Assembly (NCBI GenBank): GCA_029860345.1
Contig: JAOUBJ010000003.1
Location: 68,709-132,708 of the forward strand
Direction: 5' to 3'
DNA: 64,000 bases
DNA from: Candidatus Zixiibacteriota bacterium
Lineage (GTDB): Bacteria > Zixibacteria > MSB-5A5 > GN15 > FEB-12
Shown: positions 38,010 to 43,952 of the stretch, piece by piece
Position numbering within the stretch: the stretch's first letter is position 1
How the letters are laid out: each line of letters opens with the position of its first letter
Notes under the pieces: model-generated
Databases searched by the model: none
What the model saw: only the letters and a program-made list of their open reading frames with translations
Told to the model about the DNA's origin: nothing
Position numbers and translations under genes: made by a program

Positions 38010-38891
38010 ATGCAGAAACAGACCTTTCACAGACCAGAGGAACTAAAGAAAGTCCTGCAATTAGCTGTCGGACGGCAGTTGACCCTGAGCCGCCCCCTGG
38101 TAATGGGTATACTGAACGTTACCCCCGATTCCTTCTCCGACGGCGGACGGTTTACCACGGTCGAGGCAGCCGTCGAACGAGCCCTTCAGATGGAACAATC
38201 GGGCGCTGATATAATCGACGTCGGCGGCGAATCAACCCGACCCGGAGCCAAACCGGTCGAGCAAGAAAAAGAACTCAAGCGCGTCATTCCGGTCATCAAC
38301 AGGCTGCGCGATCTGACCACCATTCCGATCTCAATTGATACTTACAAAGCGAGTGTAGCCGAAGCGGCTCTTGATGCCGGGGCCGATATGGTCAATGATA
38401 TTTCCGGTCTCAGGTTCGACACCAGAATGCTGCGATTGGTTGCCGACCGTCGAGTCGTGGTCGTGATCATGCACATGCAGGGAACACCGCGCGAAATGCA
38501 GGCCGATCCGCACTACGAAGACTGTGTCCGAGAAATATCGGAGTTCTTCAGGCGACGGATCGCAATCTGCATCAAACAAGGAATTGATAAATCCAAAATC
38601 ATAATCGATCCCGGCCTTGGATTCGGCAAGCGACTTAGTGACAATCTCGATATTCTGAATCACTTTGAGGAATTCTCGCAACTGGGTGTGCCTGTGATGG
38701 TGGCCGCATCGCGCAAATCGTTTATCGGCATGCTCCATGACGCTGATAAAGAAGCCGACCTCAGACTGGGCGGCTCACTGTCGGCAGCGATAGTCGGCGT
38801 GATGAAGGGGGCCGCTGTTGTCCGCACCCATGACGTAGCCGAGACGGTCGAAGCCCTGAAGGTTTTGCAGGCAGTTAAGGAATCCAAGTGA
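38010..38891 (+). CDS. folP: Dihydropteroate synthase
   Basis: 293-aa ORF. Signature GILNVTPDSFSDGGRF, GADIIDVGGESTRPGA, ISIDTYKASVA, MVNDISG, DPGLGFGK. Confidence 0.9.
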   Translation: MQKQTFHRPEELKKVLQLAVGRQLTLSRPLVMGILNVTPDSFSDGGRFTTVEAAVERALQMEQSGADIIDVGGESTRPGAKPVEQEKELKRVIPVINRLRDLTTIPISIDTYKASVAEAALDAGADMVNDISGLRFDTRMLRLVADRRVVVVIMHMQGTPREMQADPHYEDCVREISEFFRRRIAICIKQGIDKSKIIIDPGLGFGKRLSDNLDILNHFEEFSQLGVPVMVAASRKSFIGMLHDADKEADLRLGGSLSAAIVGVMKGAAVVRTHDVAETVEALKVLQAVKESK

Positions 38892-39019
38892 GTTTTCTGG
38901 AAAAGCTCGTTCAAACTGTGAGGAGACCCAGGTGAGTTTCCTGGAAAAGCTCGTTCAAACTGTGAGGAGACCCAGGTGAGTTTCCTGGAAAAGCTCGTTC
39001 AGACCGTGAGGAGACCCAC
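38888..39019 (+). repeat. 44-bp tandem repeat x3 carrying SD + GTG start; encodes three chained 15-codon mini-ORFs
   Basis: GTG at 38888, 38932, 38976 and 39020 gives an exact 44-nt period. Unit: gtgagttt(t/c)ctggaaaagctcgttca(a/g)ac(t/c)gtgaggagaccca(g/c). Each copy reads (M)SFLEKLVQTVRRP(R/T)-TGA, and that TGA overlaps the next GTG as GTGA. Confidence 0.9.
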
Positions 39020-39781
39020 GTGAGTTTCTTTGAACTCGACTTTCTGACGTTTGGGTTGAAGGACGTTGTCGATATTCTCATCGTCGGATTCATCATCTAT
39101 CAGATACTGAAACTGGTTCGCGGCACTCGGTCAGCCCAAATCGTCATTGGGTTGACTTTGATCGCCGGACTGGCTTCAGTCGCCTTTTGGTTTCAACTGG
39201 AGGGACTGACCTGGCTGTTTAGTATCCTGGCGCCGTTCGGTCTGATCGTGCTGGTGATTGTCTTCCAGCCGGAACTGCGCGGCGTTCTGGCCCAAATGGG
39301 ACAACATCGTTTTCTGAGACGTTTCTTCACGGTGCAACAACGCCGAACAATCGAAGAGGTCACTCGGGCCGTTCTCAGGCTGGCCGAGTTGAACTATGGC
39401 GGCCTGATAGTAATGGAACGCAACACCGGTCTCAGGAACTTTGCCGAATCGGGCAAGGACTTAAACGCTGAGTTGTCATCGGAGCTACTGGTAACACTCT
39501 TCACACCATACACACCGCTTCACGATGGCGCCGTCATCGTCTCCGGTGATCACATTTCGGCCGCCGCTACATCGCTCCCGTTGACGACCAATCTTCGCTA
39601 TCGCAAACTGTTCGGCATGCGCCACAAAGCTGCCATAGGTGTCTCTGAAGTTTCCGACGCCGTCGTGGTGGTGGTATCAGAGGAAACCAGCCAGGTATCG
39701 ATAGCCTACAACGGCCTGTTGAACACCGATATTCCCAAATCAGAGTTCAAGGACAAGCTGACCGAGTATATGGGCAGGTAG
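39020..39781 (+). CDS. cdaA: Diadenylate cyclase CdaA/DacA (three N-terminal TM helices + DisA_N domain)
   Basis: 253-aa ORF with a GTG start. TM helices, then GGLIVMERNTGL, TPLHDGAVIV, GMRHKAAIGVSEVSDAVVVVVSEETSQVS (DGA and RHR-type motifs). Confidence 0.85.
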   Translation: MSFFELDFLTFGLKDVVDILIVGFIIYQILKLVRGTRSAQIVIGLTLIAGLASVAFWFQLEGLTWLFSILAPFGLIVLVIVFQPELRGVLAQMGQHRFLRRFFTVQQRRTIEEVTRAVLRLAELNYGGLIVMERNTGLRNFAESGKDLNAELSSELLVTLFTPYTPLHDGAVIVSGDHISAAATSLPLTTNLRYRKLFGMRHKAAIGVSEVSDAVVVVVSEETSQVSIAYNGLLNTDIPKSEFKDKLTEYMGR

Positions 39782-40090
39782 AGTTTACCGAGGCCACGCC
39801 AAGCGCGTGGCTTCGCAGGGCGTATTTTCATCTCCTGCAGCGGACTGGCACACAACGCCCACGATAGTACTTGGTGTTCTTTCTCCACGATCCAGCCCAC
39901 CCCGGCCCTGGATGACTCAAATGTGATACGCTCAACGTTTTGTGGAACAGTGAGTTCGGATCACGGCGAGAACTATTTTGCTTTTCCTCGCATGCCGCTG
40001 ACAGACTGTGGCAGTGACCTTTTGTATAATTCCGATGCACACGGAGAAGAAGACAACATCAACCTCCATCCGGAGTCGAAGACAGGAGAC

Positions 40091-40678
40091 ATGGATATGT
40101 CCCATTCACCCAGCCGTGATTCAACAGGACCGAGCGGCTATCGCTCCCATCTGATTAAAGCCGTCATCTATTTTGTCGTTATCGGTGGTGGCGTCGCTAC
40201 CGGCATTGTGGTTGCAACAAAACTCGGCGTTGCCGACAAACTTTCGTCGATGACGTATTCTGTCGAAGATCTCGACAACAACAGCCTTCTAAAGGTCGAA
40301 TCACCGTTTCCTCTGCTTGAGGCAACCGGTGTCGATGGCGACACTGTCGACCTCGTACCGCTCTTGAAAGGGCAACGGTGTGTCGTGGCCATAGTATCTG
40401 CCGGGTGCGAACCTTGCCACCGATTTATCCGATTTGCTGAGCGGGAGGGCATCGGTACCAATGACGATCTGCGCGTTATCCTGCTGGCCCTCGATCCGGA
40501 GCCGTTCAAAGAGGAAACTGACCTCACGGTGCTGAAGGTTTCGATGGATCAACTAAACGAGCACGACATATACTCTTTCCCCACCTTAATCGGCATAGGC
40601 AAGGATGGGCGCATGAAATTTGTGGCTTCCGGGTTCAACCGATACATCACCGAGGATTTCATCCGCGACAATATCTGA
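40091..40678 (+). CDS. Membrane-anchored thioredoxin-fold thiol:disulfide oxidoreductase (TlpA/ResA-like), CEPC active-site motif
   Basis: ATG at 40091 lies 5 nt after AGGAGA. One TM (LIKAVIYFVVIGGGVATGIVVA). Redoxin-like GDTVDLVPLLKGQRCVVAIVSAGCEPCHRF and a cis-Pro region YSFPTLIGIGKDGRM. The track start at 39923 has no SD. Confidence 0.6.
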   Translation: MDMSHSPSRDSTGPSGYRSHLIKAVIYFVVIGGGVATGIVVATKLGVADKLSSMTYSVEDLDNNSLLKVESPFPLLEATGVDGDTVDLVPLLKGQRCVVAIVSAGCEPCHRFIRFAEREGIGTNDDLRVILLALDPEPFKEETDLTVLKVSMDQLNEHDIYSFPTLIGIGKDGRMKFVASGFNRYITEDFIRDNI

Positions 40679-40710
40679 TCTAACATCTCAAACAGACAAG
40701 GAGGTATGTT

Positions 40711-40959
40711 ATGAAACGTTTACTTTTGATCGGAACTGTTTTTTGTGCCGCGGCTTTGTTGGGGTTCGGCGTAACCCTGTTCATGCCGCCCGATGCACAG
40801 GCGACAGAATGTAACCACAGCTACCCACAGACGGTGTGGGATTGCAGCAGTGGGACCTGTAATTTCCCTCTCTGTGCTAAGTACGATTGCTTCACCGTGA
40901 CCCCATGTTGTGGAGAACCGTGCCAATGTACGTTCGTCGGCTGCTTTCTCAAACCGTGA
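40711..40959 (+). CDS. Secreted Cys-rich mini-protein, array member a (82 aa, 10 Cys in the predicted mature part)
   Basis: AAGGAGG lies 7 nt upstream. MKRLLLIGTVFCAAALLGFGVTLFMPPDAQA | TECNHSYPQTVWDCSSGTCNFPLCAKYDCFTVTPCCGEPCQCTFVGCFLKP. Confidence 0.8.
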   Translation: MKRLLLIGTVFCAAALLGFGVTLFMPPDAQATECNHSYPQTVWDCSSGTCNFPLCAKYDCFTVTPCCGEPCQCTFVGCFLKP

Positions 40960-41000
40960 CTTGAGACTGACCCGATAAGTTTGAACCTGTGGCCACAATC

Positions 41001-41031
41001 GGCCGGGGCTGCTCGGCAGAGCAGCCCGGCC
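41001..41031 (+). terminator. Post-gene hairpin after member a
   Basis: ggccggggctgctc-ggca-gagcagcccggcc. A 13-bp GC-rich stem with one bulge and no clear T-run. Confidence 0.45.
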
Positions 41032-41204
41032 AATATGGATTACGGGCCAGCGGTCCCATGCGGTTCGAGAAACAAAAAAGGTCGAAACAACCAACTGATG
41101 AGCGATAGACGATCGCGTCCGTCGGGTTCGGCCGAACACCTATGGGAGGGATACTCAACAAAGACAGTTAGACTCAAAACTTCTGACACACCATGGAGGG
41201 ATGT

Positions 41205-41468
41205 ATGAAACGTTTTCTTTTGATCGGAACTCTGTTCTGTACCGCGGCTCTGCTTGGACTTGGGATCACGCTGTTCCTGCCGTCCGAGGCAGGAGCCTGG
41301 GAATGCGACGAAACTACTCGCATAACGATGTTCAAGTGCGTTTCCGACGAGTGTACCGATCCGAACTTTCCGGTGGAAAAACTGGACTGCGGTTCCAGCA
41401 ATCCACCGGGACACTATTGCGATTGTTACCATGTCAGTTGCCAGTTGCGGTGCCCGCCGGGCTGGTAG
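41205..41468 (+). CDS. Secreted Cys-rich mini-protein, member b (87 aa, 8 Cys)
   Basis: Start moved to the conserved ATG after GGAGG. MKRFLLIGTLFCTAALLGLGITLFLPSEAGA | WECDETTRITMFKCVSDECTDPNFPVEKLDCGSSNPPGHYCDCYHVSCQLRCPPGW. Confidence 0.8.
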   Translation: MKRFLLIGTLFCTAALLGLGITLFLPSEAGAWECDETTRITMFKCVSDECTDPNFPVEKLDCGSSNPPGHYCDCYHVSCQLRCPPGW

Positions 41469-41510
41469 ACCCGTGACCAGATAGGCTGAACCAGCGCTCA
41501 TCAATGGTGA

Positions 41511-41534
41511 AGGCTGCTCCATCCGGGGCAGCCT
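41511..41534 (+). terminator. Conserved post-gene hairpin after member b
   Basis: aggctgctcc-atcc-ggggcagcct, preceded by the conserved taggctgaacc.gcgctcatca block. Confidence 0.5.
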
Positions 41535-41631
41535 GGTCAAAATGACGGGCGCAGGTGAAGTCGGAACTTTGGATCATCGAAGTTTCCGAAGTTTTCAATG
41601 ACGAATGCGGACAGCGGTGTCAATCGGATTC

Positions 41632-41701
41632 AGCCGACACCTGATGGAGGGATTTCTCAACGAAGTCAGTTAGATTCACAACTTCAAACAAACCATGGAG
41701 G
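41632..41701 (+). promoter_or_regulatory. Conserved ~70-nt 5' leader upstream of array member c
   Basis: agccgacacctgatggagggatttctcaacgaagtcagttagattcacaacttcaaacaaaccatggagg. It recurs at 42139-42208 with one mismatch. A diverged version lies upstream of member b. Confidence 0.55.
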
Positions 41702-41707
41702 TTTTGT

Positions 41708-41980
41708 ATGAAACGTTTTCTTTTGATCGGAACTCTGTTCTGTACCGCGGCTCTGTTCGGACTCGGGATCACGCTGTTCCTGCCGTCCGACGCATACGCG
41801 GGGATCTGCATAGAAGCCGAACGACAGGCCTACTTCGACTGCGCCGACGCGGCATGTTCGCCCCCGACACCGGTGGGTGTTTATGACTGCGGAACCTGGG
41901 ACGGTGGCAACGACCCCGGTGGTCCTTGCAATTGTCAATTCATCCGCTGCCAGTTGAAGTGCCCGCCCCCACCGCTGTAG
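41708..41980 (+). CDS. Secreted Cys-rich mini-protein, member c (90 aa, 8 Cys)
   Basis: MKRFLLIGTLFCTAALFGLGITLFLPSDAYA | GICIEAERQAYFDCADAACSPPTPVGVYDCGTWDGGNDPGGPCNCQFIRCQLKCPPPPL. Confidence 0.8.
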   Translation: MKRFLLIGTLFCTAALFGLGITLFLPSDAYAGICIEAERQAYFDCADAACSPPTPVGVYDCGTWDGGNDPGGPCNCQFIRCQLKCPPPPL

Positions 41981-42026
41981 TGGTGGCCTGACACACCAGG
42001 CTGAATCCACGCCCGTCATTGATCCA

Positions 42027-42048
42027 GGCTGCTCCAGACGGAGCAGCC
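42027..42048 (+). terminator. Conserved post-gene hairpin after member c
   Basis: ggctgctcc-agac-ggagcagcc. A perfect 9-bp stem followed by gggtttgaaag. Confidence 0.5.
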
Positions 42049-42138
42049 GGGTTTGAAAGCCGAGCGTGAGCCTGGCCTTGGTGCTTGACAATGGGATATG
42101 CCGGTGATGAGTGCTTGACGTGAGTGTCATTCGGACTA

Positions 42139-42208
42139 AGCCGACACCTGATGGAGGGATTTCTCAACGAAGTCAGTTAGATTCGCAACTTCAAACAAAC
42201 CATGGAGG
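42139..42208 (+). promoter_or_regulatory. Second copy of the conserved 5' leader, upstream of member d
   Basis: Identical to 41632-41701 except a->g at one position. It ends in the shared acttcaaaca(a/g)accatggagg SD block found before members b-g. Confidence 0.55.
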
Positions 42209-42213
42209 TATGT

Positions 42214-42483
42214 ATGAAACGTTTTCTGTTGGTCGGTGCGTTGTTCGGCACAGCAGCATTGTTGGGATTCGGGATAGTACTGTTCTTGCCAACCGACGCC
42301 TCGGCCACCTGGTGCGACACTAATGACCGGTTCACTTGGTTTGACTGCGACGATCCGGTTTGCTCGGAACCGACACAGGTTGGTGTTTATGACTGCGGGT
42401 CTGACTGGTTCCCCTGGGGTCGTCTTCCCTGCGACTGCGTTTTCATCCGTTGCCAACTAAAATGCCCGACGCCGCTGCCTTGA
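42214..42483 (+). CDS. Secreted Cys-rich mini-protein, member d (89 aa, 8 Cys)
   Basis: MKRFLLVGALFGTAALLGFGIVLFLPTDASA | TWCDTNDRFTWFDCDDPVCSEPTQVGVYDCGSDWFPWGRLPCDCVFIRCQLKCPTPLP. Confidence 0.8.
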   Translation: MKRFLLVGALFGTAALLGFGIVLFLPTDASATWCDTNDRFTWFDCDDPVCSEPTQVGVYDCGSDWFPWGRLPCDCVFIRCQLKCPTPLP

Positions 42484-42543
42484 TGGCGTAAGGGTGTGGT
42501 TGTCATTGGACCTACGAATCGAAACAAACCATGGAGGTTTTGT

Positions 42544-42816
42544 ATGAAACGTTTTCTTTTGATCGGAACTCTGTTCTGTACCGCGGCTCTCTTCGGACTC
42601 GGGATTACACTGTTCCTGCCGTCCACCGCCGTAGCCTGTCATTGCGACGAGAATGACCGGCAGCCCTGGTTCGACTGTGAAGACCCCGGTTGCACGCCGG
42701 AATTACCCGTCGGCCTTTATGACTGCGGAACATGGGACGGTTACTGCATCCCCCCCGGGACTCCCTGCAACTGTCAGTTCGTCCGCTGTCAATTGAAGTG
42801 CCCGACTCCGATTTAG
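42544..42816 (+). CDS. Secreted Cys-rich mini-protein, member e (90 aa, 10 Cys)
   Basis: MKRFLLIGTLFCTAALFGLGITLFLPSTAVA | CHCDENDRQPWFDCEDPGCTPELPVGLYDCGTWDGYCIPPGTPCNCQFVRCQLKCPTPI. Confidence 0.8.
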   Translation: MKRFLLIGTLFCTAALFGLGITLFLPSTAVACHCDENDRQPWFDCEDPGCTPELPVGLYDCGTWDGYCIPPGTPCNCQFVRCQLKCPTPI

Positions 42817-42861
42817 TAATAGCTTGACCCTTTAGCTTGAACCTGCGCTCATCATTGGCCG

Positions 42862-42885
42862 AGGCTGCTCCGTCCGGGGTGGCCT
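42862..42885 (+). terminator. Degenerate copy of the post-gene hairpin after member e
   Basis: aggctgctcc-gtcc-ggggtggcct followed by tgtttgaag. Confidence 0.4.
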
Positions 42886-43049
42886 TGTTTGAAGATGAAG
42901 CACAGGTGAAACCTGAATTATAGAAGATTGGAGTCACCAATGACGGGCGCAGACAACACTGTCTATCGGGTTCAGCCGGGACTCGACGGAGGCCTTCCTC
43001 CGTGACAACATTCAGTTTCACAACTTCAAACAAACCATGGAGGTACGTT

Positions 43050-43310
43050 ATGAAACGTTTTCTTTTGACCGGTACGGTTTTTTGTGCCGCCGCCATTCTT
43101 GGGATCGGAGTCACTCTGTTCCTTCCCAGCAACGCCGTTGCTTGTATATGTGACTTTTACGACCCCCAAGTGATGTTCGAGTGCGACAGTCCGCTCTGTT
43201 CAGCCCCGACCCCGCACGCCCTCTTTGATTGCTTCACCTGTGTAGGAACGGGCGCTCCGTGCAGCTGCACATTTAGGGAATGTCGGACTAGGTGTCCCAA
43301 CCCGATCTAA
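43050..43310 (+). CDS. Secreted Cys-rich mini-protein, member f (86 aa, 10 Cys)
   Basis: MKRFLLTGTVFCAAAILGIGVTLFLPSNAVA | CICDFYDPQVMFECDSPLCSAPTPHALFDCFTCVGTGAPCSCTFRECRTRCPNPI. Confidence 0.8.
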   Translation: MKRFLLTGTVFCAAAILGIGVTLFLPSNAVACICDFYDPQVMFECDSPLCSAPTPHALFDCFTCVGTGAPCSCTFRECRTRCPNPI

Positions 43311-43355
43311 GGGTAGTCTGACATCATAGGCTGAACCCACGCTTGTCATTGGCTG

Positions 43356-43379
43356 AGGCTGCCCCATCCGGGGCAGCTT
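43356..43379 (+). terminator. Conserved post-gene hairpin after member f
   Basis: aggctgcccc-atcc-ggggcagctt. A 10-bp stem including one G-U pair, followed by cgtttgaat. Confidence 0.5.
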
Positions 43380-43544
43380 CGTTTGAATACCGAGCGCGGA
43401 GACGGTCTTGATATGTGACAATTGGAATTGCCGATGATGGGTGCTTGACAACGGTGTCATGCTAGTTCAGCCGACAACTTGAAGGGGCTTTCCACCACGC
43501 TAAACTGTAACATTTGAACTTCAAACAGACCATGGAGGTATGTT

Positions 43545-43805
43545 ATGAAACGTTTTCTGAAGGTTGGTATGTTGTTCTGTACCGCCGCCATTCTCGGGAT
43601 GGGAATCACTCTATTCCTTCCAGGCAATGCCTCAGCTTGCATTTGTCTCCCCGAGGTCTGGCAACCGTTATACGATTGTGACAGTCCGCTTTGTTCAGAA
43701 CCTACTCCGCACGCCGTATATGACTGTGGCACTTGTTCAGGATCAAGCAATCCGTGTGGCTGCGTCTTTAAGGAATGTCGCACGAGATGCGTCATCGAGC
43801 CGTAA
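43545..43805 (+). CDS. Secreted Cys-rich mini-protein, member g (86 aa, 10 Cys)
   Basis: MKRFLKVGMLFCTAAILGMGITLFLPGNASA | CICLPEVWQPLYDCDSPLCSEPTPHAVYDCGTCSGSSNPCGCVFKECRTRCVIEP. Confidence 0.8.
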   Translation: MKRFLKVGMLFCTAAILGMGITLFLPGNASACICLPEVWQPLYDCDSPLCSEPTPHAVYDCGTCSGSSNPCGCVFKECRTRCVIEP

Positions 43806-43850
43806 CGATAGTATGATACTTTAGGCTGAACCCACGCTCATCATCGGTAG

Positions 43851-43884
43851 AGGCTGCTCCATCCGGGGCAGCCTTGCTTTATTT
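43851..43884 (+). terminator. Conserved post-gene hairpin plus T-rich tract after member g (end of array)
   Basis: aggctgctcc-atcc-ggggcagcct followed by tgctttatttgtgg. Confidence 0.55.
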
Positions 43885-43952
43885 GTGGATTTGCGCGATA
43901 GCTGGCTCTGCCGCCGGACAGACACAGACAACCACCATGATAGGCCGTCCAA

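Noticed and set aside
38660-39096. Minus-strand ORFs 38660..38914 and 38911..39096 with the repeated NELFQ(K/E)THL peptide
   Set aside because: They are the antisense reading of the 44-bp tandem repeat and the folP 3' end. The plus-strand explanation (SD + GTG modules) accounts for the repeat.
39923-40090. Longer version of the thioredoxin-fold gene starting at 39923
   Set aside because: There is no SD, and the N-terminal 56 residues are non-hydrophobic and unconserved-looking. ATG 40091 has AGGAGA at ideal spacing and begins shortly before the TM helix. The longer form cannot be excluded without orthologs.
41040-43132. Long minus-strand ORFs across the mini-protein array (41040..41540, 41684..42130, 42136..42456, 42605..43132, 43457..43795)
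   Set aside because: They have no conserved start or SD and are not conserved between cassettes in that frame. The plus-strand MKRF... ORFs have conserved SD, start, signal peptide and Cys framework in all seven cassettes.
40711-43805. Interpretation of the array as classical RiPP precursors (leader + core) or as lipoproteins
   Set aside because: The conserved N-terminus is a typical Sec signal (basic n-region, long h-region, AxA site) rather than a RiPP leader. No radical-SAM, lanthipeptide, cyclodehydratase or peptidase-ABC exporter genes are nearby. Members e-g have A-(V/S)-A-C, which loosely fits a lipobox. Lipidation of that Cys would leave an odd Cys count, and members a-d lack it. Signal peptidase I cleavage is therefore favoured, though lipoprotein processing of e-g is not excluded.
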